Below the pieces are notes generated by a model that searched no databases, had not been told where the DNA came from, and saw only the letters and a program-made list of their open reading frames with translations. Position numbers and translations under genes: made by a program. Shown here in pieces: positions 48,008-56,199 of a stretch of DNA of 64,000 bases (position 1 is the first letter of the stretch; every line of letters starts with the position of its first letter). Origin of the DNA: Gaiellales bacterium (GTDB lineage: Bacteria; Actinomycetota; Thermoleophilia; RBG-16-64-13); contig JAAYAL010000016.1 in NCBI GenBank assembly GCA_012719395.1, positions 3,166 through 67,165 of the forward strand. Reading direction: 5' to 3'.

Positions 48008-48786
48008 CCAGGTTGGAAGGAAGCCGTGAGCAGTCCTCAGGTGGGTCCGGCGGTTCTTCGGCCGTGCCGTCTGGTGACGGCCTGCTGACCATCGGCCAGG
48101 TGGTCCATGCGCTTGAAGCTGAGTTTCCAGACCTAAGCATAAGCAAGATCCGCTACTTGGAGGAGCGGGCATTGCTGGCTCCACAGCGTACTCCCGGCGG
48201 CTACCGCAAGTACTCACAGCAAGACGTGCGCCGGTTGCGCGTGGTTCTATCGCTGCAGCGCGACGAGTTCCTTCCCCTGGAGATCATTCGCGAGCGCCTG
48301 CAGCGGGGACTCGATGAGGGCGTCGGGACCCGGCTTGCCGCGGCTTCGCTCCACGTGGAAAGCGCCGCCGTGCTCAAGCGTGAAGAGCGCCTGGTCGCCT
48401 GGGAAGAGGCATTGGAGATCAGCGGCGTGAGCGACAGCTTCATGCGACAGTTGGTTGACTACCGCTTGGTGGACCGTTATGCGGATGGCCTGGGGGGGTA
48501 CCGGCTCTCAGAGTCGGACGTAGAGGTCGCCCGCATCTGCAGCGGCTTGGCTCGTTTTGGCGTCGAAGCGCGTAATCTCCGTTTGATGCGCTCAGCCGTG
48601 GAGAGGGAAGTGTCCGTTATTGAGCATGTCACCTCTCCCGCACTGCGGTCTGGGCACCACGAGCGCCGGGAGGAGGGGGAACGCCAAGTCGTCGATCTCG
48701 GCGCCCTGCTCAGCGCCCTGTACCAGTTGCTGCTCTACCGAGATATGAGTGGCCTGATCAAGACCGGTCGTGGGACTCGGCAATAG
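48004..48786 (+). CDS. MerR family transcriptional regulator (FtsR/Rv1828-like)
   Basis: LTIGQV...L..EFPDLSISKIRYLE, PQRTPGGYRKYS, LQRDEFLPL..IRE; follows the FHA gene as in the actinobacterial cluster. Confidence 0.88.
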   Translation: MTRLEGSREQSSGGSGGSSAVPSGDGLLTIGQVVHALEAEFPDLSISKIRYLEERALLAPQRTPGGYRKYSQQDVRRLRVVLSLQRDEFLPLEIIRERLQRGLDEGVGTRLAAASLHVESAAVLKREERLVAWEEALEISGVSDSFMRQLVDYRLVDRYADGLGGYRLSESDVEVARICSGLARFGVEARNLRLMRSAVEREVSVIEHVTSPALRSGHHERREEGERQVVDLGALLSALYQLLLYRDMSGLIKTGRGTRQ

Positions 48787-48861
48787 CCGCCTCACCTCTA
48801 TGTCGCACCGTTGACCGGCGCGAAACGGCGAAAGAGCAGGCGTGGGTGAGACTCGATCGTA

Positions 48862-48901
48862 AGAAGCAATGAGGCCCCGCTCCTTGAGGAGCGGGGCCTC
48901 A
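48862..48901 (-). terminator. Strong intrinsic terminator at the convergence point
   Basis: Perfect 14-bp inverted repeat TGAGGCCCCGCTCC-TTGA-GGAGCGGGGCCTCA (48870-48901); minus-strand tail TTGCTTCTT. Confidence 0.8.
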
Positions 48902-49054
48902 CGTCATCTGTGACGTCAACGAACCTCCGAGAGCGCCACCGGGTGGCGTCCATCGTCGGTTAACCGGCAGCTAAAGGCGTTTGCCACCCCCGGTCCAGAG
49001 TTCGCCGCGTCTACTCGGCAATGTATCTATGTGGACCACCTCCTTTCAGACGCT
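48862..49054 (-). ncRNA. Candidate ~190-nt structured sRNA (6S-like core) or small-peptide mRNA
   Basis: Bounded by a TTGTAT-N17-TAAAGT promoter and the terminator; internal GGGTGGC/GCCACCC helix; perfect SD near the 5' end; no ORF of 60 aa or more on this strand. Confidence 0.5.
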
Positions 49055-49060
49055 GGCTAC

Positions 49061-49089
49061 ACTTTAGCGCCGCCCGCAGGAGGATACAA
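49061..49089 (-). promoter_or_regulatory. Sigma70-type promoter of the candidate sRNA
   Basis: -35 TTGTAT (49089-49084), 17-nt spacer, -10 TAAAGT (49066-49061). Confidence 0.6.
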
Positions 49090-49220
49090 GTGGCGCCGGG
49101 GAGGGGAGCGACCTTTCCGCGACGCGAAAGGCGCGGTCTTGAGTCAGCTTTACATAATGTTGATTATCGCGCATAGCGCACGCGCGGGGGGGAGGATCGG
49201 TTTGGTCTCAGGCTGCCAGA

Positions 49221-50093
49221 TCAGAAGGCCTTGCGGCTGAGCAGCGCCCGCAACCGGCCAAGAGCTTTGGTCTGCTCGCGGGAGATGGTCCGTTGACTCA
49301 CGCCCATTTCCTGCGCCACTTCGCGCTGCGACAACTCCTTGAAGAAAAGCAGGTAAACCAGGCGTTTTTGCATCTCGGAGAGCTTGGCCAGGGCTTGGTA
49401 CAGGGAGATGCGCTCTTCAATGGGCAGCGTGAAGCTCTCGTAGCGCAGCGCCCGCACACGGCTGGCATCGGGTTGGCCGACTCCATCGCCGTCTTGTTCT
49501 GATGTCTCGCCTAGGAACTGGAGATCCAGTTGCGCGTAGACACGAAGAACCTCGAGCAGGCCCTCCTCGGTGACGTTGACCTCAGCGGCCAGTTCCTGCA
49601 CAGAAGGCAATCGTTGCTGGCGCTCGAAGAAACGCGCCTGGGCGCTCTGGATGTCGTGATACAGGGTCCGGGCCCAGCGCGGTTGCCGAAGCAGGAGGTT
49701 GTCGCGCAGATGATGGCGCACCTCCCCATCAATGATCGCCACTGTATAGGTGGCAAAACTAAGACCGCGATCCCGGTCGAAGCGCTGCGCTGCTTTGAGC
49801 AGCCCTAGACGGGCCACCTGCAGTAGGTCCTCTTCTGGTTCCTTGGCATGCGTGAAGCGCCGCAGCACGTGGTAGAGCAGCCCGGTGTTGTTGTCCAGAA
49901 GGGCATCCAGGCAACGGGTGCATGCGGTGTCCTGATAGCAGCTGACCAAGTCGAGGTTGGTGGTGTCCGCGAGATTGTCGTTACGACAGCGCAGGGCTAC
50001 CGGCCTCCCCGTAGGCCGGGGAGCGACCGGCTTGTCGGCGAGATCAAGCAGCGCGGGACTGCGCTTCCCCAGTGCGGTAGCGTACAGGGTCAT
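49221..50093 (-). CDS. Alternative sigma factor, SigB/SigF/SigG-like (divergent)
   Basis: EDLLQVARLGLLKAAQRFDRDRG.SFATY...IDGEVRHHLRD region 2; region 4 LSQREVAQEMGVSQRTISR; start codon uncertain. Confidence 0.88.
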   Translation of the reverse strand: MTLYATALGKRSPALLDLADKPVAPRPTGRPVALRCRNDNLADTTNLDLVSCYQDTACTRCLDALLDNNTGLLYHVLRRFTHAKEPEEDLLQVARLGLLKAAQRFDRDRGLSFATYTVAIIDGEVRHHLRDNLLLRQPRWARTLYHDIQSAQARFFERQQRLPSVQELAAEVNVTEEGLLEVLRVYAQLDLQFLGETSEQDGDGVGQPDASRVRALRYESFTLPIEERISLYQALAKLSEMQKRLVYLLFFKELSQREVAQEMGVSQRTISREQTKALGRLRALLSRKAF

Positions 50094-50100
50094 GTGAGCT

Positions 50101-51321
50101 TCACTTCACCAGATCCATCATGCTGAACATGGGTAGGTACATGGAGATGACTATCACTCCGACCATCCCCCCCACGAAAATCATCATCACCGGCTCCAGA
50201 ATGGAGGTCAGCTGCTTGATGACCGCGTCCACTTCATCCTCGTAGAAATCGGCGATCTTGTGCAACATGTTGTCCAAGGCACCTGTCTCCTCACCGATGG
50301 CAATCATGTGTGTCACCATGGGCGGGAACACCTTTGCCTCCTCAAGCGGGCGCGCGATGGACTCGCCGCCACGGATCTTGGCTTTTGTCTGCTCCATGGC
50401 CCGCTCGATCACCACGTTGCCGGCCGTTTTGCCTGTGATGTCCAGGGATTGGAGGATGGGGACTCCCGAGCTGGCCAATGTGGCCAACGTGCGACTGAAG
50501 CGCGCCACGGCCAGCTTCTGCACGATCTCGCCTATGCGCATGGGTATGTGGAGCTTGAAGCGATCCCACGCGGCCGCGCCCTGTGGCGTGCGCTTGAGGT
50601 AGCGGAGGCCCAGCACGAGACCCACGACGCAGGGAATGATGACGAACCACCAGCCCTTCAAGAAATCGCTGATGCCGACCATGGCCCGCGTCAAGCCCGG
50701 CAACTCGCCACCCAGTTGGTCAAACATGTCCGCGAAGATGGGGATGATGAAAAGGATCATGCCGATGAGGACGAGGATAGAGAACACGCCTATCAGAGTG
50801 GGGTAGGCCATGGCCGATTTCACTGTGCGCTGCAGGCTGTCCTGCTTCTCGAGCTGCGTAGCCAGACGGTCGAGGGTGACATCCAGCACGCCACCCGTCT
50901 CCCCCGCCCTCACCATGGAGACGTAGAGCCGGTCGAACGCAGCCGGGTGCTTCTCCATAGCATCTGAGATGGGCAGGCCGGCTTCGACGTCGGCTTTGAC
51001 CAGGGAGATGATGTGCTTGAAACGCGCGTTCTGCGTCTGAGACTCCAGGACATACAACGCGCGCAAGATGGCGAGGCCGGCGCCGATCATGGTTGCAAAC
51101 TGCCGGCTGAACACGACCTTGTCCCGAAGCTTGATGCGACTCATGCTCTGCATCTTCTCGTCCAGGCCGGCGAAGAGACTGGTTCGTTTCTCGTCCAACG
51201 CCAGAACGGTCAGCCCCCTGCGCCTCAGCTCCGCCGCAGCCGCCATCTTGGAAGCGCCGTCGATTATGCCCTTCACCGGACTGCCCTGCGGAGGCCGGGC
51301 TGTGTACTCATAGGTTGCCAT
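50101..51321 (-). CDS. pilC: Type IV pilus platform protein PilC
   Basis: FSRQFATMIGAGL, VRAGETGGVLD, SAMAYP, IIPIFADMF, FSRTLATL.SSGVPIL, MIAIGEETG.L, MYLPMF. Confidence 0.96.
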   Translation of the reverse strand: MATYEYTARPPQGSPVKGIIDGASKMAAAAELRRRGLTVLALDEKRTSLFAGLDEKMQSMSRIKLRDKVVFSRQFATMIGAGLAILRALYVLESQTQNARFKHIISLVKADVEAGLPISDAMEKHPAAFDRLYVSMVRAGETGGVLDVTLDRLATQLEKQDSLQRTVKSAMAYPTLIGVFSILVLIGMILFIIPIFADMFDQLGGELPGLTRAMVGISDFLKGWWFVIIPCVVGLVLGLRYLKRTPQGAAAWDRFKLHIPMRIGEIVQKLAVARFSRTLATLASSGVPILQSLDITGKTAGNVVIERAMEQTKAKIRGGESIARPLEEAKVFPPMVTHMIAIGEETGALDNMLHKIADFYEDEVDAVIKQLTSILEPVMMIFVGGMVGVIVISMYLPMFSMMDLVK

Positions 51322-51355
51322 TGGTCACTGTCTCCCTGCGCTCAGGTGCATCCGG

Positions 51356-52420
51356 CTAGGCGGCACCGGACATGATCAGCCTGCCGAGATCTTCAGGATT
51401 GGAGGAACGGGTCTCCGCCAGTTCCCGGCTGATGAGCTTGCGCCGCACCAAGTCGGCAAGGGCGAAGTCCATGGTCTGCATGCCATATTTGCTGCCCGTC
51501 TGCATCACCGTGTATATCTGGTGCGTCTTGCCCTCGCGGACGAGATTGCGCACGGCCGGCGTGGGAACCAGCACCTCACAGGCCGCCACCCGTCCGTGGC
51601 CGTCGCGCCGGGGCAGCAACTGCTGTGTGACGATGCCCTGGATGGTCGAGGCGATCTGCACACGGATCTGCTCTTGCTGGTGAGGCGGGAAGACGTCGAT
51701 CATGCGGTCGATGGACTGCGGGCAGTCCTGTGTGTGAAGGGTAGCGAACACCAGATGGCCGGTCTCGGCAGCGGTGAGAGCCGTCTGGATGGTCTCCAGA
51801 TCTCGCATCTCACCTACCAGTATGACATCCGGGTCTTGGCGCAGGACCGACTTCAGGGCGCGCCCGAACCCCTTGGTATCCGTGCCCACTTCGCGCTGGT
51901 TGACCAAGCATTTCTTGTGCGCGTGGAGGAACTCGATGGGGTCCTCGATGGTCATGATGTGCTCGCTGCGATTGGAGTTGATCTCATCGATGATCGCGGC
52001 GAGCGTGGTGGACTTGCCGGACCCGGTGGGACCGGTGACCAGCACAAAACCGCGCGGCTTCTGCGAGAAGCTGTGGACGACCTTTGGCAGCCCCAGACTG
52101 TCGATAGTCAGGATCTTGAGGGGCACCAAGCGGAACGCGGCTCCCAGGCTGTTGCGCTGGAAGTACACGTTGACGCGGAAGCGGGCACGGCCCGGCATGG
52201 AATAGGAGAAATCGATCTCCCAGTCGGTCTCCAGCTTCTGCCTCTGATCCTGGGTCAGGATGCTGTAGATGAGATCCCGCGTCTCCGGAGGTGTCAGCGG
52301 AGGGTAGGGCAGGTGAGTGAGGTGGCCGTGCACCCTCACCGTGGGGGGTATGCCCACGGACAGGTGCAGATCTGATGCGTCGAGATCCACCACCTGGACA
52401 AGAATGTCAATGAGATCCAT
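51356..52420 (-). CDS. pilT: Type IV pilus retraction ATPase PilT
   Basis: ASDLHL, RFRVN, GPTGSGKST, EDPIE, LRQDPDVILVGEMRD, AETGHLV..TLHT, AVRNLVRE (AIRNLIRE motif); ATG 52420 after GGAGGTGG. Confidence 0.96.
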   Translation of the reverse strand: MDLIDILVQVVDLDASDLHLSVGIPPTVRVHGHLTHLPYPPLTPPETRDLIYSILTQDQRQKLETDWEIDFSYSMPGRARFRVNVYFQRNSLGAAFRLVPLKILTIDSLGLPKVVHSFSQKPRGFVLVTGPTGSGKSTTLAAIIDEINSNRSEHIMTIEDPIEFLHAHKKCLVNQREVGTDTKGFGRALKSVLRQDPDVILVGEMRDLETIQTALTAAETGHLVFATLHTQDCPQSIDRMIDVFPPHQQEQIRVQIASTIQGIVTQQLLPRRDGHGRVAACEVLVPTPAVRNLVREGKTHQIYTVMQTGSKYGMQTMDFALADLVRRKLISRELAETRSSNPEDLGRLIMSGAA

Positions 52421-52450
52421 CTGCCACCTCCGTAGCACCGAGAGATCGGT

Positions 52451-54175
52451 CTAGACGATGACCCGCGCGATCTCCTCGACGCTTGTCAGTCCCTCAAGCA
52501 CCTTGTCAATTCCGTCTTCCCGAAGCCCGAGCATGCCTTCGGCCACGGCGACCCTGCCGATTTCATCGGCACTCTTGCGCTCAACCGTGAGTCTCTCGAT
52601 AGCCTCAGAGACCGGCATCACCTCGTAGATCCCTAGGCGTCCTCGATACCCGGTGTGGTTGCAGCGCCGGCACCCCACAGCGCGGTAGAGAGTGACTTCT
52701 TCCCAGCCGTCGACAGCCTCCTGGGGGAAGTCACTCCGTTGCAGCATTTCCCTGGTGGGCCTGTAGGGCTCCTTGCAGTGATCGCATAGGCGCCGGGCCA
52801 AGCGCTGGGCCAGCACGCAGTCCACGGCGGATGCGGTCAAGAAGGGCTCTATGCCCATCTCCGTGAGCCTGCTGAGCGCGCCGGGCGCGTCATTGGTGTG
52901 GAGCGTGCTGAGCACCAAGTGCCCTGTCAGAGCCGATTCGACGGCGATCTGCGCCGTTTCCCTGTCCCGGATCTCCCCGATCATGATGATGTCCGGATCG
53001 CAGCGTAGGATGGAGCGAAGGCCGGCAGCAAAGGTCAGCCCCGCCCTGGGATTCACGTGCACCTGGTTGATTCGGTTCAGGCGGTACTCAACCGGGTCCT
53101 CCACGGTGATGATGTTCTTTTCCGGTGAGTTGAGGATGTTGAGCGTGGCATAGAGCGTGGTGGATTTGCCGGATCCGGTTGGACCGGTCACCAGGATGGC
53201 CCCGTACGGCTTGGTGAATGACTTGCGGTAGCGGGCCAGCGCCTTCTCAGAGAAGCCGAGGTCCTCCAAACGAAGCATGACGTTGGAGCGATCCAGAAGG
53301 CGGATGACGATCTTCTCGCCGTAGACCGTTGGCAGCGAGGCCACGCGCATATCGATGGGCTTCCCTCCCACCGTGAGCCCCATGCGCCCGTCCTGCGGCA
53401 CGCGGCGCTCGGCGATATCCAGGTCCGCCATGATCTTCACGCGGGACAGCACCCCGGACTGCATGCGGTGAGGGATGGACATGGCCTCGTGGAGGACACC
53501 GTCGTGGCGGAAGCGGATCAGGAGCTCCTTGGCCTGCGGCTCGAAATGGATGTCCGAGGCTCCATCCTCCACCGCCTGCGCGATAACCCCGTTGACCAGC
53601 TTGACGATGGGGGCCTCATCAACCTGTTCCAGAATGTCGTGTATCTCATCAGGGGTCACACGGCTGTCGGCAGGCACGTCCCCATCGATGCTGGTGCCAA
53701 CCTTGTCTTCCAGTTTGCTCAGGTTGGCAATGCTCTCGAAGATGTCCTCTTCGGGGGCGATGGCGGGCTCGATGTCATAACCAGTGAGAATACGAAGATC
53801 ATCGATGGCCAGGATGTTGGCCGGATCCACCATGGCCACCAGAATGGTGTGATCATCGACGAATGACACGGGAAGCGCCGCGTAGCGGCGGGCATCTCTC
53901 TCCGTGATCAACCCGCCGGCGGAGGCTTCCAGCCGGGCATCCTGCAGATCGACGAAGCGAACGCCCAACTGGTGTCCGCGGGCCTTGGCCAACTGAGAAG
54001 GTGTGACCCACTCCTTGGCCACCACGATGTCCCCCATGCGCCGGTGGGAAACCCTCTGCTCCTCAAGTGCCTCGCTCAACTGCTCCGGAGTGATGAGACC
54101 CATCTCAATCAGGATCTCACCCATGCGCAGCTTGCTTGACCTTCGTTGAGGGATGTGTTCGGTGGGCAGCTGCAT
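52451..54175 (-). CDS. pilB: Type IV pilus extension ATPase PilB with N-terminal MshEN domain
   Basis: Tandem RMGEIL../RMGDIV.. repeats; ASDIHFEP, DIAERRVPQDGR, GPTGSGKST, LRCDPDIIMIGEIRD, C.HC...C..C zinc motif, YRGRLGIYE; ATG 54175. Confidence 0.96.
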   Translation of the reverse strand: MQLPTEHIPQRRSSKLRMGEILIEMGLITPEQLSEALEEQRVSHRRMGDIVVAKEWVTPSQLAKARGHQLGVRFVDLQDARLEASAGGLITERDARRYAALPVSFVDDHTILVAMVDPANILAIDDLRILTGYDIEPAIAPEEDIFESIANLSKLEDKVGTSIDGDVPADSRVTPDEIHDILEQVDEAPIVKLVNGVIAQAVEDGASDIHFEPQAKELLIRFRHDGVLHEAMSIPHRMQSGVLSRVKIMADLDIAERRVPQDGRMGLTVGGKPIDMRVASLPTVYGEKIVIRLLDRSNVMLRLEDLGFSEKALARYRKSFTKPYGAILVTGPTGSGKSTTLYATLNILNSPEKNIITVEDPVEYRLNRINQVHVNPRAGLTFAAGLRSILRCDPDIIMIGEIRDRETAQIAVESALTGHLVLSTLHTNDAPGALSRLTEMGIEPFLTASAVDCVLAQRLARRLCDHCKEPYRPTREMLQRSDFPQEAVDGWEEVTLYRAVGCRRCNHTGYRGRLGIYEVMPVSEAIERLTVERKSADEIGRVAVAEGMLGLREDGIDKVLEGLTSVEEIARVIV

Positions 54176-54176
54176 G

Positions 54177-55025
54177 CTATTCCGCGGACGGAGCCGCGGC
54201 GCGCATGGCTTCGCCCGGCGCTTTGGCCCCGGTCCAAAGCTCAAATGACAAAACTGCTTGCTGTACCAGCATCTCCCAACCGTCCATGACCACAGCGCCA
54301 CTGTCGCGGGCAGCAGTCACGAGGGTATGGCCCCCGTAACGAAGGTCCATGACAAATTGGCCTTCGTGGAAGATATCGTCAGCGAGCCCCAAATCCTTGA
54401 CGTTTGGATCACATATTCCGGCCGACGTGGCATTGATGATGAGACCAGCGGTCGAGGCCGCCTCGCGCAGGCCGTCCGCCGTGACCACCCGGCAGTTGCG
54501 CAGGCCCCAGTTGCGGACGGCCTGGGCCAGTTCCTCTGCTCGCTGCGGAGTACGGTTCCACAGCAAAAGGCCGGCAACGCCCCAGTCGGCAAGTGCCGCA
54601 GCTACCGCCCGGGCGGCGCCCCCGGCACCCAGCAGCAGCACGCCGGTTTCGCTCGGGCTGCCATGCCATTGACTCCGCAAGACGCCCAGAAAACCGGCGC
54701 TGTCGGTGTTGTGGCCCACCAAGTGCCCATCGCGGTTCACCACCGTATTGACCGAGCCTATCCGGGCAGCCTGCGGTTCCACTGCGTCCAGCAGGGGGAT
54801 GATGGCCTGCTTGTGTGGAAGCGTGACGTTGGCCCCTAGGGCGTTCAGGGCACGCAGAGCGCCTACGGCCTCCGGCAGGTTGGACGGAGTCACATCGAAG
54901 GCCAGGTAGACGGCAGGCACACCGCAGACCCGGAGTGCAGCGTTCTGCATCGCAGGCGAGAGGGAGTGCGCCACGGGGTGTCCCAACAGCGCGATGAGCT
55001 TGGTGGCGGCGGTGATGCATGCCAT
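54177..55025 (-). CDS. aroE: Shikimate dehydrogenase
   Basis: LLGHPVAHSLSP.MQN, GANVTLPHK, SVNT, GHNTD..GF, GAGGAARA, INATS, G.EMLVQQA. Confidence 0.95.
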   Translation of the reverse strand: MACITAATKLIALLGHPVAHSLSPAMQNAALRVCGVPAVYLAFDVTPSNLPEAVGALRALNALGANVTLPHKQAIIPLLDAVEPQAARIGSVNTVVNRDGHLVGHNTDSAGFLGVLRSQWHGSPSETGVLLLGAGGAARAVAAALADWGVAGLLLWNRTPQRAEELAQAVRNWGLRNCRVVTADGLREAASTAGLIINATSAGICDPNVKDLGLADDIFHEGQFVMDLRYGGHTLVTAARDSGAVVMDGWEMLVQQAVLSFELWTGAKAPGEAMRAAAPSAE

Positions 55026-55146
55026 GACTCTCTCCTTGGCCTCGAACCACGAGGTGCAGGCTACCACGAGACGCGCAGCCGTACCGTACGCCCAAGGGTG
55101 GAATCAGGCGGCGCGTGCGCGAGGCGGCGGAAACCGGCGGCGGAAG

Positions 55147-56199
55147 TCACTGCTGCGGAGCGTCCTCGCTGGCCTTGAGGAACTCGTCGTATGAAGCTGT
55201 GAAGAAATGGTGCCCATCGTCCTTGGTGAGGACGTAGTAGAGGTAATCAACGTCTGCAGGCTGGAGAGCGGCTTCCAGGCTGGCCAGTCCCGGGCTGGCG
55301 ATGGGCCCCGGGGGCAATCCCTTGTACCTACGGGTGTTATATGGAGAATCGACCTCGAGGTCACTCTGCGTGAGGGCACCTGTCCACTTTGTGAGAGCGA
55401 AGCGCACCGTGGCGTCTATGTCCAGGCGCATGTCCAGCTTCAGCCGATTGTAGACAACGGCAGCCACCAGGGCTCGCTCCTCCGGCACAGCCGTCTCCTT
55501 TTCGATCATCGACGCGATGGTCACGATCTCATACGGGGAGACACCCAAGGTGGCGGCTCTGTCCCACGGCAGGGAATCGGTGTACGCCGAGAAGGCTTCC
55601 AGCTGGGCGGCAATGAGCGCTTCCGCCGGCCGTTGCGGCGCGACGTAGTAGGTGCTGGGGAAGAGCAGGCCTTCCAAGTCCGCGACCTCAACCGTCTCAC
55701 CGCCCACCCGGGGGACCGTGAAGTCTTGCGGCCTACGTGCCAGCCTCTCGTATTCCTCGCCGCCCACGGTGCTCTTCTCGGTGAGTCGCTCACTCACTTG
55801 GTCAATGGAAAGGCCCTCCGGTATGGTGAGTTTCGCCTCTTCGCTCTGCTCTCCCTCCGCCAGTTTTCGGACCACTTCCCCCATGTCCTCACCCGGAGTG
55901 AGCTCGTAGATCCCCGGCTTCAGTTCCGCCTCAACGCCTTGACGGCGAACCTCAGCCAGGAAGGCCTTGCCCGAGACCACGACGCCCTGTTCCTGCAGCA
56001 GCTCCCCGATCTGCACCGCCGAAAGCCCGGAAGAGATGGCAATCTGCCGGGGGTTGCGATCGGCCGGCGCCGTGCTGGTGGTCGACTCCGGGCCTCCCGT
56101 TCCAAGCAGCGACACCACGGTCACCACTACGGCGGCCAGAAGGACCACGAAGCCCGCCACCGCGAGCAATCTGGGCCGGTTCCTCACGACGTGCCCCAT
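55147..56199 (-). CDS. mltG: Endolytic transglycosylase MltG (YceG family)
   Basis: N-terminal TM, LKPG.Y, TIPEGL, LEGLLFPSTY, IASMIEKE, NRL, SPYNT..Y.GLPPGPIA.PG, YLYYV, H.FT..Y.EF. Confidence 0.94.
   Translation of the reverse strand: MGHVVRNRPRLLAVAGFVVLLAAVVVTVVSLLGTGGPESTTSTAPADRNPRQIAISSGLSAVQIGELLQEQGVVVSGKAFLAEVRRQGVEAELKPGIYELTPGEDMGEVVRKLAEGEQSEEAKLTIPEGLSIDQVSERLTEKSTVGGEEYERLARRPQDFTVPRVGGETVEVADLEGLLFPSTYYVAPQRPAEALIAAQLEAFSAYTDSLPWDRAATLGVSPYEIVTIASMIEKETAVPEERALVAAVVYNRLKLDMRLDIDATVRFALTKWTGALTQSDLEVDSPYNTRRYKGLPPGPIASPGLASLEAALQPADVDYLYYVLTKDDGHHFFTASYDEFLKASEDAPQQ

Noticed and set aside
48971-48990. GCAAACGCCTTTAGCTGCC (minus strand) resembles a tmRNA tag-coding end
   Set aside because: No tRNA-like termini or TTCGA T-loop, and the unit is far shorter than a tmRNA
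49090-49140. GACGCGAAAG hairpin resembling a c-di-GMP-I riboswitch
   Set aside because: Lacks the GGCAAAC-P2-GNRA/receptor arrangement; more likely a simple hairpin after the sigma gene
49221-50093. Sigma factor as the WhiG/FliA partner of the RsiG-like protein
   Set aside because: Region 2.4 (GEVRHHLRD) is SigB/F/G-type rather than FliA/WhiG-type (GAIIDELR), and I found no TAAA-N15/16-GCCGATAA promoter by eye; kept only as a testable possibility
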